From: a virus
Direction: 5' to 3' (one strand)
IMG/VR virus record: IMGVR_UViG_3300042566_000678
Location: 64,001-128,000 of that record
Length of the DNA stretch: 64,000 nucleotides
The notes below the pieces were generated by a model that was given only the letters and a program-made list of their open reading frames with translations, was not told the origin of the DNA and did not search any database. How positions within the stretch are numbered: the stretch's first letter is position 1; every line of letters starts with the position of its first letter. Both the position numbers and the translations under genes were made by a program. Shown in pieces: positions 8,249 to 18,793 of this stretch.

Positions 8249-8752
8249 CTAAAATTTATATCCAACTCCCAAACCTATGGTTGATATTTTGGAAACCTGA
8301 CATTCTGTTCTAATCATTCCCTTTTTGTCTTCTCCAAAATAAAAATCAATACCAACCCCAACATATGGTTTTTGATATTTTTTATTACCAGTTGTAGTAA
8401 TGTCCTGTACAAACTGTCCACCAGCCGAAACAAACACATTTGCATTCTTATTGTTGTTTATATTAAACATAGGAACGAATACTCCTAAATTTCTAAAAGA
8501 ACTACTAATTGTATATGTATTTCCGTTAATAAAGTTTGTAGCATCCTCATCACCCAATGTCATCCCACGTTTAAACTCAATACCCACTTTTCCAAAATTA
8601 ACCCACCCACCATAAATCATTGATGGATTCAAACGATTTGTTGTAAAACCACTTACTCCACCAATTGTATAAATTACTTTCTGATTGGTTTTGTCTTGTC
8701 CATACGATACGGACGATAATAATAATCCTGCAATTACTAATAATTTTTTCAT
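8249..8752 (-). CDS. Putative small outer-membrane beta-barrel protein
   Basis: Signal peptide ending SYG-Q, amphipathic strands, C-terminal GLGVGYKF. Confidence 0.7.
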   Translation of the reverse strand: MKKLLVIAGLLLSSVSYGQDKTNQKVIYTIGGVSGFTTNRLNPSMIYGGWVNFGKVGIEFKRGMTLGDEDATNFINGNTYTISSSFRNLGVFVPMFNINNNKNANVFVSAGGQFVQDITTTGNKKYQKPYVGVGIDFYFGEDKKGMIRTECQVSKISTIGLGVGYKF

Positions 8753-8850
8753 AACCTTTTTTTGTTTATTTCTTTGATGTCAATCTACCGTAGATAACAC
8801 CCACTAAAAATACAGATACTATTGTACCTATCATTACTAACTCTACCACA

Positions 8851-9387
8851 TTATTTATGTTTTTTTAAGAAAAATACCAATGTCAATCTACTATTTTCTT
8901 TTGTATCCCCAAACGGATTTGTTGGTCCATGTAGTATATCGGCTGGATATATTACCATTGTATTATATACATTCTCTGCTTCACCAACCTTATTACCTTC
9001 ATCATCGAAAAATGATGTCCCACTATTTTTTGGTGGGTTAGGGGTTAAATACACTAAACCTACTATCCTAGAATCATTACTATCGTAGTGCTTTGATGCT
9101 TCCTCAAAGCTTTCAGTAGTAAAATTAGCTCTTACCTCCTCCGATGTTATATGGAAATACAATTCCATTTCACCATATTTAAAATTAGGTATTCTAAATG
9201 AAACTTCTTCAACTATCATTCTCTCTAAATCAACCCCAGCCACTACTCTGTTTGTGGGATTAACTCTCATACCCCGCCAACCTTGCGTTGGTGATGGACC
9301 ATCAAAATCCATATTTAAAGCACACTCTCTTATCTCATCTGGATTATCAAAGAAATTATCTATCTTATATACCTTTACTATTTCCAA
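8851..9387 (-). CDS. 2OG-Fe(II) oxygenase (DUF6445-like)
   Basis: IDNFFDNPDEIR..HYD..GLVYL..H..RLTLVFF. Confidence 0.8.
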   Translation of the reverse strand: MEIVKVYKIDNFFDNPDEIRECALNMDFDGPSPTQGWRGMRVNPTNRVVAGVDLERMIVEEVSFRIPNFKYGEMELYFHITSEEVRANFTTESFEEASKHYDSNDSRIVGLVYLTPNPPKNSGTSFFDDEGNKVGEAENVYNTMVIYPADILHGPTNPFGDTKENSRLTLVFFLKKHK

Positions 9388-9925
9388 TGATATTATTATC
9401 TTTTATTGATGCAAAAAATGTTAATGCTAATCTACTATCCTCATTGGTTTCACCAAATGGATTTGTGGGGGCGTGGATTATATCAGCAGGGTAAAATACA
9501 AATCTATTATACACATTTTCCACCTCTCCAATCTTTCTACTAACATCGTCAAAAAATGATGTACCACTATGCGGTGGGGGTTCTGGTGATAAATAAACTA
9601 CACCTGCAAAATGTATTACTTCGCTATCGGTGTGTGATTGTAGATAATCAAATTTATCACCCATATCTCCCCTTACACTTTCAGGTAATAAATGAAATAC
9701 CAATCTTAAATCAAAATCAGGTACATCTGGCAACCAACCTTTAACTTTATCTTTTATATAAGTTTCTATGTTAATTTCACCAATTTCAATATCCAAATCT
9801 TCGGTTCTTAAACCCAACCAGCTTTCATCCGTATCCGGCGTTCTATATGATTGAGCAAGAGCACATTCCCTAATTAAATTTGGGTTCTCAAAAAAATTAT
9901 CACATTGTAGTGCTCTTACTTGCAT
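9365..9925 (-). CDS. 2OG-Fe(II) oxygenase (DUF6445-like), tandem paralog
   Basis: HTD..AGVVYL..H..RLALTFF; likely start MQVRAL. Confidence 0.8.
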   Translation of the reverse strand: MQVRALQCDNFFENPNLIRECALAQSYRTPDTDESWLGLRTEDLDIEIGEINIETYIKDKVKGWLPDVPDFDLRLVFHLLPESVRGDMGDKFDYLQSHTDSEVIHFAGVVYLSPEPPPHSGTSFFDDVSRKIGEVENVYNRFVFYPADIIHAPTNPFGETNEDSRLALTFFASIKDNNIIGNSKGI

Positions 9926-10409
9926 ATTGTTCTCTAATTTTAGTTCCACTTATTTGTGCTATATCAGCTGGTGGTTCGTGGTATATTACATCGTACCCAA
10001 CACCTCTACCATAGTTTACTGAATCAATATCAGGTATGATTGAAACCATTATTCTATCTTTGTTTTTAATAAAAAATGTTTCATCTAGCAAATCTAGCCA
10101 CACCCTATGTGAAGTTTTAGGATTGTTTTCATCCGTAGGTACATCCCTAATAGCTACCCATACATTTTTTCCCTTTTCCAATTGTTGGTTTATTAGCCAC
10201 TCATGTCCTTCATGCCAATTTTGCCACCTACCGATAAATAAACTATACTTTAATTGTGTTTTAGGCATACAACGATATTTTGTAGTAGGTCCTTTGGGGG
10301 CTACATACACAAAATCATCATCGCCAATGGGCTCGAATTGTCTGAATGGTTTGTGTTCTTTCTCAAACTCATTTAAACGATTGTTTATATCCTCTAAATC
10401 AATTCCCAT
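9900..10409 (-). CDS. Cytidylyltransferase-like (HIGH-motif) nucleotidyltransferase
   Basis: FIGRWQNWHEGH and ISGTKIR motifs. Confidence 0.8.
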   Translation of the reverse strand: MGIDLEDINNRLNEFEKEHKPFRQFEPIGDDDFVYVAPKGPTTKYRCMPKTQLKYSLFIGRWQNWHEGHEWLINQQLEKGKNVWVAIRDVPTDENNPKTSHRVWLDLLDETFFIKNKDRIMVSIIPDIDSVNYGRGVGYDVIYHEPPADIAQISGTKIREQYASKSTTM

Positions 10410-10411
10410 AG

Positions 10412-10723
10412 TTATTCACCTAAATACTCTTTTCTATAATATGCCTCATCAAAATAATACAATCTATACTCTTCCAAATAATTTTGTAATTTACACAAAT
10501 CACACCCATCAATAGTCTTATCTTTGATGCTTGATTCACTATGTATAAAATCTAAATCATTTATTTTTTGGATGAATGATTTAGTGCTTTCAATACAATG
10601 TGGTTGTATTTCATCAAACTCTCTACTATGTAATGCTGCTATAAATTCCTTAAATGTATATTTTTTTTTAGCTTCCATACTATTTTTTTGATTTTTTCTT
10701 TGTTGCTTTTTTAATTGGTTCAA
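10412..10723 (-). CDS. Hypothetical protein
   Basis: ORF; true start is probably MEAKKK. Confidence 0.55.
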   Translation of the reverse strand: MNQLKKQQRKNQKNSMEAKKKYTFKEFIAALHSREFDEIQPHCIESTKSFIQKINDLDFIHSESSIKDKTIDGCDLCKLQNYLEEYRLYYFDEAYYRKEYLGE

Positions 10724-10988
10724 CTACCACTTCATCCACTTGCTCTGTAATTTCCTTTGGTATATTTAACTGCTGAAAGATGTGTTCGTTTTCCTCACTT
10801 CTCTCCAAATTAACCAAATCGTAATCATCATCCTCTACCATACCCCACTCTGGTCTTTCCCATAGTTCTTTGACAAGATTCTTAATATCCTCTTCTTCAG
10901 GAGCACCTTCCCAAACACAAATGTGCTTTACCAATACTCTACCATCTTCCTGATTCTTTGTTGCAATCGTTGCGTATTTAACTTCCAT
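10680..10988 (-). CDS. Hypothetical acidic protein
   Basis: 102-aa ORF. Confidence 0.65.
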   Translation of the reverse strand: MEVKYATIATKNQEDGRVLVKHICVWEGAPEEEDIKNLVKELWERPEWGMVEDDDYDLVNLERSEENEHIFQQLNIPKEITEQVDEVVVEPIKKATKKKSKK

Positions 10989-10990
10989 TT

Positions 10991-11143
10991 CTATATTGTT
11001 TTTAATAATTCTCTTAACTCTTTTACTCTCAATCTACCTTCTGCATATTGGTCATCATCGGATGCTCTGTGTCCGTTTAGGTTGGCAATCGTTATTTCAT
11101 ATTCTAACTTAACCAACTCCGATATTATATCATTAAAATCCAT
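10991..11143 (-). CDS. Hypothetical protein (50 aa)
   Basis: Hand translation MDFNDIISELVKLEYEI...; fills the gap. Confidence 0.6.
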   Translation of the reverse strand: MDFNDIISELVKLEYEITIANLNGHRASDDDQYAEGRLRVKELRELLKTI

Positions 11144-11144
11144 T

Positions 11145-11591
11145 CTATATTGTTATGTATTTTCGTTTTATTCTACCAGCACCTTTGTATCCTTTCTTAT
11201 ACTTTGGTTCATCTAAATTACTAATCTTCACACCTTCTGCTCTATTGGCAGCGTGTACTATTTGGTTATTACCTATGTATGTACCACAATGCCAACCCGA
11301 TGGTGATATTCTACTTCGAAAGAATACCAAATCACCAAAAGATAAACTATCTCTATCAACCCTATCGGTTTGTATCCATTGTGTTTGACAATTGTTACCC
11401 AATCTAATATCAAATACCTCCTTATATAGGCGTTTGTTGAATTGTGAACAATCTATACCTCTTTCAGTAACACCACCTAACCTATACGGCTTACCCACCC
11501 AATGCTCTATAAACCTATTCATAGTTGAATCAGTTGTTTGTGCAAAGGTAGGTAAACTTAATAATACAAATATACTAAATTTTTTCATCAT
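11145..11591 (-). CDS. NlpC/P60 cell-wall peptidase with signal peptide
   Basis: GKPYRLGG..GIDCS..GDLVFF..HCGTYIG..IVHA. Confidence 0.92.
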   Translation of the reverse strand: MMKKFSIFVLLSLPTFAQTTDSTMNRFIEHWVGKPYRLGGVTERGIDCSQFNKRLYKEVFDIRLGNNCQTQWIQTDRVDRDSLSFGDLVFFRSRISPSGWHCGTYIGNNQIVHAANRAEGVKISNLDEPKYKKGYKGAGRIKRKYITI

Positions 11592-12208
11592 TCACAAATA
11601 AATCTTATCTTTCTTTCTATTGAATCCTTTTCAATCCTAACAAATAATTTTGATGTTGGTATCTCTTTTGTTATATGAGCCACAGCAGTAATGGTTATTG
11701 TATCTCCCTTCATATAGTATATTGGAGCAACCATAGTATTCACACTACCATCCGATGATGATGGATACGATGAACCATTTACCGTTGGAATTAATGAATT
11801 TGATTGAGACTTAAATGTACCCAATTCAGCTGTTGTCAGTTTTCCTGTAAATGTGTTAAAATAGGTTTTATATACTACGAATAAATTAGTTTTATTATTT
11901 AAAATCCAATAATGAGAACTTTTCCATTCTATTTTACAATCAACGGGTGATGGAATTGGATTTGGTTCACCATTCCACAAAAATTTTCCGGTGATACGGC
12001 TAAATGTTTGAAAAGTATTTTCTGATAATTTTAGATGATAGTATCCATTTATATCCTTTGGTAAACTCCTAGTACCAAATCTATTTAAAGCAGAATCCAA
12101 TTGGAATGTAAAATTGTATGCAGGTGGTTTAGGTACTATATATTGCGGCTCTTCGTAGCAAGATATTAATCCTAATAGTATCGGTAAAAATAATAGTAAC
12201 TTTTTCAT
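11588..12208 (-). CDS. Putative lipoprotein
   Basis: Lipobox LISC after a hydrophobic signal. Confidence 0.7.
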   Translation of the reverse strand: MKKLLLFLPILLGLISCYEEPQYIVPKPPAYNFTFQLDSALNRFGTRSLPKDINGYYHLKLSENTFQTFSRITGKFLWNGEPNPIPSPVDCKIEWKSSHYWILNNKTNLFVVYKTYFNTFTGKLTTAELGTFKSQSNSLIPTVNGSSYPSSSDGSVNTMVAPIYYMKGDTITITAVAHITKEIPTSKLFVRIEKDSIERKIRFICE

Positions 12209-12552
12209 CGTTCATTTACAAAATCATCTAGCATCTCATTTAATGCCTTTATAATATTATCACTACTCTCTAATGCTTTCTTTTTTATACCCAAATCCTT
12301 TCGTTTAACCCGCCCATCATCAAAACGTTGTATGATATGGGTGTCATAAACTGGTGTTTTATCGTTTGGAAACTTTGGGTCTACATCGGTTCTTTTGTTT
12401 CTAGCTATTCCTATGTATATTGGTACATTATGAAACTCAAATGCATACTCTACGAATATCCTATATGCCAATTCGTTTTCTTCGATGCTTTGTATGTACA
12501 ACCTACCTTCGAAATACCCATTCAGTTTATCAAAATTACTTATGGTTAGCAT
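12205..12552 (-). CDS. Hypothetical protein, LxIxN paralog family
   Basis: MLTISNFDKLNG. Confidence 0.75.
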   Translation of the reverse strand: MLTISNFDKLNGYFEGRLYIQSIEENELAYRIFVEYAFEFHNVPIYIGIARNKRTDVDPKFPNDKTPVYDTHIIQRFDDGRVKRKDLGIKKKALESSDNIIKALNEMLDDFVNER

Positions 12553-12890
12553 TACAATTCCACCCCCCTTATAATTTCTTCAACACATTTTAATAGTATA
12601 TACCTATTTTCTATATGCTTTGTTCCTACAAACATTTCGTCCAAAGATACCCAATTATTTGATGCTTGCCATAGTTTTGTTTCTAAATGGTATCCGTGTC
12701 CATCAACTTTGTTTCTATTGAGTGATACCTCTATAACAGGAAATTCAGATGGATTTGGTTTATTATAGAAAGCTAATACATATGCTTCATCGGAAGAATA
12801 TGTTTCCGTTGCTGTCCACATACCAAAATCAAAATAAACAGTATTAAGTGGTTCTTCTAATTTATGAAAGTTCTTTATTGTTAGAGTCAT
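12552..12890 (-). CDS. Hypothetical protein, LxIxN paralog family
   Basis: MTLTIKNFHKLE. Confidence 0.75.
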   Translation of the reverse strand: MTLTIKNFHKLEEPLNTVYFDFGMWTATETYSSDEAYVLAFYNKPNPSEFPVIEVSLNRNKVDGHGYHLETKLWQASNNWVSLDEMFVGTKHIENRYILLKCVEEIIRGVEL

Positions 12891-13467
12891 ACATTTCTAA
12901 AACATAGTTTATTACTACTCTCCTATCTGATAATTTTGGTGTTGTTGATGTGTGAACTCGATTTGAATCAAATAATATACCAGTACCACCTTTTGGGGTT
13001 TGTCTATAAATTTCTTTTAGTTGGCTTATATTATGTTCGTTTCCATCTAAATATGTATCAAACAATATAGTATCACCATCCGAATCATTTACATAATAAA
13101 CAAATGATAATAGATTTGGTCCAGAATAATCTATATGAGGACCATTATAAAAATCATTTGGATACGAAGCATCGCCAACCATAAGGTTTGCTTTAATACG
13201 AATTACTTTTTTTATTTTACTACCAGCTTCCTTTTCAATTATTCCCAGCATTTCTGAAAAATAATGGTAATATATACTTTTTTGTTGCTTATCAATCAAT
13301 ATGGTATGCGTGAATTGTGGCATATCTTTGGTTTTTGAATCAACAACAGTACCATAATCTCCTTCAAGCAATGTTGCACCATTCCAATACCAATCAAACT
13401 CCGAACCAAGCATTAATTCTGCCAAAACATCGGCATATTCCTTATCTATTTCTATTCTTTTTACCAT
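12862..13467 (-). CDS. 2OG-Fe(II) oxygenase
   Basis: RIKANL..PHID..YYVNDSDGDT..H..RRVVINY. Confidence 0.85.
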   Translation of the reverse strand: MVKRIEIDKEYADVLAELMLGSEFDWYWNGATLLEGDYGTVVDSKTKDMPQFTHTILIDKQQKSIYYHYFSEMLGIIEKEAGSKIKKVIRIKANLMVGDASYPNDFYNGPHIDYSGPNLLSFVYYVNDSDGDTILFDTYLDGNEHNISQLKEIYRQTPKGGTGILFDSNRVHTSTTPKLSDRRVVINYVLEMYDSNNKELS

Positions 13468-13762
13468 AATAATTTTCAAATAAATCCATAAATCCACTAA
13501 CTATGAAAGAAACATCGTTTGAGGTTTTAATGTGCGATGGTATAAATTGTGCAGTATCTTTATATTTTCCATAACTGAAATGGATTTCATAAAAATTACT
13601 ATGTTGATTTCTATATATCATTATATTACCACCTTTCTTTTTGTGGTTAAACATAATTTTATATACACCATCCAATACTAATACATGGGTAATAATAGAA
13701 CCCATATCGGTTTTTTTACCAATTAAGGTTTCAATCGTTGGAATTATCAGTTTCTTGCTCAT
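13442..13762 (-). CDS. Hypothetical protein, probable LxIxN family
   Basis: KLIIPTIETLIG..YKIMF..IMIYR..YEIHF. Confidence 0.6.
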   Translation of the reverse strand: MSKKLIIPTIETLIGKKTDMGSIITHVLVLDGVYKIMFNHKKKGGNIMIYRNQHSNFYEIHFSYGKYKDTAQFIPSHIKTSNDVSFIVSGFMDLFENYYGKKNRNR

Positions 13763-14121
13763 TTAATTTCTTTTTATGTTCTAACTCTTTTATTAAACCT
13801 TTCACTACTCTATTGGTATTTCTAACGTGTAGGTATATTAACCAAGCTGAAATACCGAACCAAAATAAATCTAATACCATTTCCATATTACATATCATCA
13901 AATAGCCAGAACATTATCCTAACTACTATTATTAAAATTACAATTATTGTTCCAAATGTTATATAAACAGGATTTATCATCCTACATAAATATCAGTTAT
14001 TCGGATTCACCAAATAAATCATTTCCTTTGTAATTGGGATGATTTTTTTTCATATTATCCATACCACCTATCCACAACCAGCATATTGGTGCCAATATTA
14101 CTAATATAATTACAATACCTA

Positions 14122-14457
14122 TCATTTCCAAAATATTTGAATTATTACTACACACAATGCTAAAGCGATGCAAACTCCTGTTTTTATAGTTAGGGGTTCT
14201 CTAAAAATAATCCAACTCATAAGAGAGAAGATTATGATACCAGCTGCCTGTCCAATTAACCTACCAGGCCAAGTTGCGCCAGTTGCTTCGTTGATTAAGC
14301 GAGTTGAATTGATGAACAAATAACCAATTGGTAATCCACACAACGCCATCAAAGTTGGGTTCTCTTTAGCCCATTCCCACTTACCTTGTCCTTGCAATTG
14401 TAGGAACGAGATGACTTGAGCAATAATAATCAAGCCTAATCCGTTTATAATTTTCAT
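14122..14457 (-). CDS. 4-TM membrane protein (DMT/SMR-like)
   Basis: Four hydrophobic helices; FREPL motif. Confidence 0.65.
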   Translation of the reverse strand: MKIINGLGLIIIAQVISFLQLQGQGKWEWAKENPTLMALCGLPIGYLFINSTRLINEATGATWPGRLIGQAAGIIIFSLMSWIIFREPLTIKTGVCIALALCVVIIQIFWK

Positions 14458-14478
14458 ATGTTTATAATTTATGTTTAA

Positions 14479-14700
14479 CTAAAAAAATCTGTTGAATCTC
14501 TCCTTCTCCTTTTTGGGTTTCTTCTTCTTTGGTTCAAACGGCTGATATTTTGATTTGATTTCAACCGATACCGGTCCATTGGTGAACTTTGAATAATCAT
14601 ATTTCCATATCATTATCGAATGTTCATCTTCATAGATTTGCTCAAACTTTCTGGGAGCTGTTGGTTCATTACTTATCTTTGCCATAGAACAAATATACAA
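14479..14700 (-). CDS. Hypothetical protein
   Basis: Likely start MAKISN, just downstream of a promoter. Confidence 0.6.
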   Translation of the reverse strand: MYICSMAKISNEPTAPRKFEQIYEDEHSIMIWKYDYSKFTNGPVSVEIKSKYQPFEPKKKKPKKEKERFNRFF

Positions 14701-14721
14701 AATTTATTTGACAAATCCAAA
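14690..14721 (-). promoter_or_regulatory. Bacteroidota housekeeping promoter TTTG...TATATTTG
   Basis: TATATTTG at 14697-14690, TTTGG at 14721-14717. Confidence 0.75.
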
Positions 14722-14722
14722 T

Positions 14723-14752
14723 AAAAAAGGTACTATTTCTAGTACCTTTTTT
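14723..14752. terminator. Intrinsic terminator (bidirectional shape)
   Basis: AAAAAAGGTACTA TTTC TAGTACCTTTTTT. Confidence 0.8.
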
Positions 14753-14991
14753 TACATATTCATCCACTTTAATTTCTTTTTGTAGATGAACTTTTTGATT
14801 TTTTCTTCGTTTAATGGGATTTCAAACTTATTGTTTGTTTTAGTTAGCGGGATGAATATTGTTGTATTTGCCTGCTGATTGTATAGAATTTTTGGTTTAC
14901 CCAATTTTTCAAAATAAGTTACTCTGTTGGTATCTACACCCTGTCCAACTGAACTGATTGATACTAATAATAAAATACATAACTTTTTCAT
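14752..14991 (-). CDS. Hypothetical secreted protein
   Basis: Signal-peptide-like N-terminus. Confidence 0.55.
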   Translation of the reverse strand: MKKLCILLLVSISSVGQGVDTNRVTYFEKLGKPKILYNQQANTTIFIPLTKTNNKFEIPLNEEKIKKFIYKKKLKWMNM

Positions 14992-15003
14992 AACCTTTTA
15001 TTT

Positions 15004-15426
15004 TTATTTACCTGTACTACCAAATCCTCCTATTCCTCTACTACTTTCACTCAACTCATCCACCTCTACAATCTGAATAATTGGGTGTGGTACGATGATT
15101 ATTTGAACAATCCTATCACCTATCTTATAAAACTCATCTTTAACACCATTCTTATTAAATGTTGCCTGCAATTCACCTCTATATCCAGCATCAATCACAC
15201 CAACACAATTGGATAGAGTTAGACCCGTATTACGGATTGATGAACGAGGGAATATCAACCCAACCATACCATCTGGTATTTCAATGGCTAATCCTGTCCC
15301 ATATGTTATTTGTGATGGCGTTTCACTAATGATTTCAGTTGCTACCAAATCCATTCCAGCATCGCTTTCTTTGGCATACTTTGGTTTAACTGCGTTTGGG
15401 TGTAACTTTTTAATCTTTACTTTCAT
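15004..15426 (-). CDS. dut: dUTPase (trimeric)
   Basis: AGMDL, PRSS, GVIDAGYRGE, RGIGGFGSTG motifs. Confidence 0.97.
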   Translation of the reverse strand: MKVKIKKLHPNAVKPKYAKESDAGMDLVATEIISETPSQITYGTGLAIEIPDGMVGLIFPRSSIRNTGLTLSNCVGVIDAGYRGELQATFNKNGVKDEFYKIGDRIVQIIIVPHPIIQIVEVDELSESSRGIGGFGSTGK

Positions 15427-17358
15427 ATACCTGAACTTCTTGTATTGTTTATTTCTTTAATGTAATATACTTCCTTTATATTCTTATCCATTATATCCAC
15501 CCACCTACATACTTTGTAGTACGTCTTTCCATTATCTTCTATTTCATACATAGCATCCGTATAGGATTTCACCTTTACACCAGTTGATACTTTATATTCT
15601 ATATCATTTAATATAATTATCTTTTCCATTATGGTATTGTAGATATTCTACATTTTATTCCATCTTCACTTTGAAACTCCCAAATAGTATCAGTTTGCTC
15701 AATAGTATATGATGCATATTTAACCTCTATCTTTTCATCGTATTCTTTAAGAAAAGAAAACCTACGAAATCCATTTGTTTTAGGATTTTGTATGATAAAC
15801 TTTTTCTTTTGGTTTGGGAATGCATCTACGCATTCTGGTCTATTCTCATCCCATAAATAAGCAGCTGATGCATAAAAGCAGTTATCCGTTTTGTTCCAAC
15901 GGAATTGGTTAATGCTATATTTATAGTTTTTCATAACTTATTGATTTTCTATTGCTCTACAAACTGATACAAAGTTTTCTAATAACTCTGCATCTTTAAT
16001 CTTATGATGTCCGTTGTCCAATAGTTCAACTATCCATCCACCATTTGCTTCTACTTCATCGTGCGCACACGTCAACAACGAAATAGCAGGATAATCATCT
16101 TCTTTCAGTAAATCTAATGAATAATAGTAGTATGCAGGTCCACCTGCTTCTTCTTCGCTAATTAAGTTCTTTTCAAAACCTAGCTTTTCCAATAGTTCTT
16201 CTGTAATTTCCATATTATTGTGCTTTACGAATATTCATTTTTGAGTTCTTCACTTTTGCTTTAAGTGATGTGTTAGTATTCATAGCGGATTTAGCATTAC
16301 TTTTACCTGCTCCAGCTTTTGTTTTATTGGTAAGTAAAATATCACCAATAAGTTTTAGGTTTGCCTTTCTGTCAATTGGTTGACCTACATTTGATTTACC
16401 TTCGTTTAAGTTTTCCATAGTTATTTGATTTTGTGTTTTTTCATAAAATTCAAAACCTCACTTTCCTTAAACACATTGTTTTCTGGTCCGTATTTTGTAA
16501 TCCACTCTTTTGCATCATTTCCTTTGAAAGTTTGTTCTTCAATTCTTTCTCGTGAGTGTAATACATAGAATATCTTATGCTCTAAATTATTTATATAATC
16601 AGCCGTCATTGTTGAGTCTGTACCAAACATTTTAATATATTCGTCCATTCTATCTGCCAACGTTGATTCTTTATCAGTTAGTTCGTTCTTTTCTTCCATA
16701 TAATTATACAATTGTTTCTTCAAACATTACATCTTGTATCTGCTCTAAAAAATACATTTGATTTTGCTGTCTCAATACTAAATTACAACCCAACGCCTCC
16801 TTTATACCATTATGGTCCTTAACCTTTTCGGCTGGGTATGTTGCATGGATAATGTATAAATTATCTTGATATTTCATAAAATCTTTCCGGAAGGGGTTCT
16901 TTGTCATTTTCTTTTGGATAACCGATTTGATAATCTACATCTAATTTATGTCCCCAATTATAAGGATTAAAGTTCATATTGAGCGTGATTGTACTAACTC
17001 CATCATCTTCAACGGAATCGTATAAATCACTAACTGCTTTGATTATTAGCTCTCGCTTTTGTAGTTTTGTAACATCTTGCCATTTCATAACTTATTCTTC
17101 TTCTAATTTACGTTCTGCAACCCAAGCACTATCTCTTTTAGCCACATCTTCTGTTAGTTTATTCTGCAACCTATAATACTCATAAGAAACTGAATCCAAT
17201 TTGAATTTCATTTCAGAGTATTTGTTTTTCTTTTTGGTTTCCTTTTCAGTATAGCGAGTGTAACTAACCGTTGCTATAAATAAAAGAATAGAAGATAAGA
17301 ATATCTGTGTATTGTTATCTATAAAAAATTGTGTAACTTTTGTTATAAATGTTTTCAT
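15423..17358 (-). other. Run of small hypothetical CDSs (15423-15629, 15629-15934, 15938-16213, 16215-16418, 16421-16723, 16704-16907, 16861-17088, 17092-17358)
   Basis: Abutting co-oriented ORFs of 67-101 aa with no recognised domain. Confidence 0.65.
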
Positions 17359-17396
17359 GTAAATGGTTGGTTATATTCACCAATAAATATACACTT

Positions 17397-17816
17397 TTAC
17401 AATAATTTTTTAATAGATTTTGAGTATCTTCTACTACCACTATAATACTTATCCAAGTATCTAAAGTAATCGTTTTTACTACGGATTTTACCTATAAATC
17501 TATCCTGAAAGTATTTGTAATCAATCACACTTTCTTGCCAAGATAGGTATCTTGCATATCCAAACTGCTTACCAACTGCCGTTGTGTAACGGCTTCTCGC
17601 AACTCTCATTCCGAACATATTGTTGTTGTATCGGAACAACTTTGAACGAAAACTGCCTGTTTCCCAAACTGCTTGCGCCCATACTATTTCTGGGTATTGA
17701 ACACCCAAACTATCCATGTACTTTAATACTACTTCTTTTTCGATTTTAGATTTTATAACTATTGGTTTTGCTAATGCTGTATTTACTATTAAAATTAAAC
17801 ATATCAATAATCTCAT
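17397..17816 (-). CDS. Glucosaminidase (GH73-like) peptidoglycan hydrolase
   Basis: IVWAQAVWETG..NNMFGM..YARY..SVIDY; signal peptide. Confidence 0.85.
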   Translation of the reverse strand: MRLLICLILIVNTALAKPIVIKSKIEKEVVLKYMDSLGVQYPEIVWAQAVWETGSFRSKLFRYNNNMFGMRVARSRYTTAVGKQFGYARYLSWQESVIDYKYFQDRFIGKIRSKNDYFRYLDKYYSGSRRYSKSIKKLL

Positions 17817-18108
17817 ATTTTCCTTTGTTTGGTGATAGAATTACGGATGATTTCATTCTTGTCTACTCTCTTTCCGTTTTTATATACACGCAACTCTTCA
17901 GAGCCATCGGCGTGTGTTACGATAAAACTATGTATTTCATCATCTTTTTTGAATAACTGCTTTAACCAATTAAAAAATTTCATTTGATTTAAGATTTTAC
18001 AAATATAACAATTTTTACTCTGTTCACCAAATGATTTTGGTGATTTTTTCGGGGGATGGTTTGACCCGTATAATAATAAGTATAACCAAAATTACAAAAA
18101 CCTACACC

Positions 18109-18789
18109 CTAAAGTGTAGGATTTGTATTATAGAAAGTATCTGTATCACTATCCCAACAAATTATCGGATTTTTTATCATATAATTTTCATCTAACAAAG
18201 ATGCGTTGATGGATGTGGTACTAAATGCTTCATCGTATAACTTACCACCATCCTCGTGAATGTGTCCAAAGACGTGTATTTTTGGTTTTACTATCTGAAC
18301 CTTTTGCTTTAACATTTCACAACCACAAGAGGTATGTGTGTATTTAGTAAAATCAAATCTGCCAAATGGTGGGCCGTGTGTAATAAGAATATCAGTATCA
18401 TCTGGTATTAGATTTACCTTTGTACCAATGATACCACCACGCGGTTTCATAAACGCCCAATTACCAAACAAAGGAGTCCAAGGAGAACCCCATATTTTGA
18501 ATCCATTCAACTCAATTCCACTATCGTTAAGATATATTAGGTCTTTATCTTTTAAGAGTTCCTGTGTAAGCTCTTGATGTTCTAATCCAAAGTCGTGATT
18601 ACCTGCTATAAAGATTTTATATTTGTATGGTAATCCACTAAACCACTCTACAAAATCCTTTAACTCATCCGGCTTACCTACATTACTAACATCACCAGCG
18701 TGAATGATACAGTCACCCTCTGGAAACTGATATAGTTTTTCCACCTCACGATGTAACCCGTGAGTATCTGATATAAATACAAATTCCAT
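18109..18789 (-). CDS. Metallophosphoesterase (calcineurin-like)
   Basis: ISDTHG, HAGD, IAGNHD, ILITHGPP, FGHIHE. Confidence 0.93.
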   Translation of the reverse strand: MEFVFISDTHGLHREVEKLYQFPEGDCIIHAGDVSNVGKPDELKDFVEWFSGLPYKYKIFIAGNHDFGLEHQELTQELLKDKDLIYLNDSGIELNGFKIWGSPWTPLFGNWAFMKPRGGIIGTKVNLIPDDTDILITHGPPFGRFDFTKYTHTSCGCEMLKQKVQIVKPKIHVFGHIHEDGGKLYDEAFSTTSINASLLDENYMIKNPIICWDSDTDTFYNTNPTL

Positions 18790-18793
18790 TTGA

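Noticed and set aside
18045-18110. Third copy of the G-rich TAG element after the phosphoesterase gene
   Set aside because: It follows a TAG and has ACGGGTCAAACC, loosely like the core, but lacks the G runs and TTTTTGATAGT. Too weak to call.
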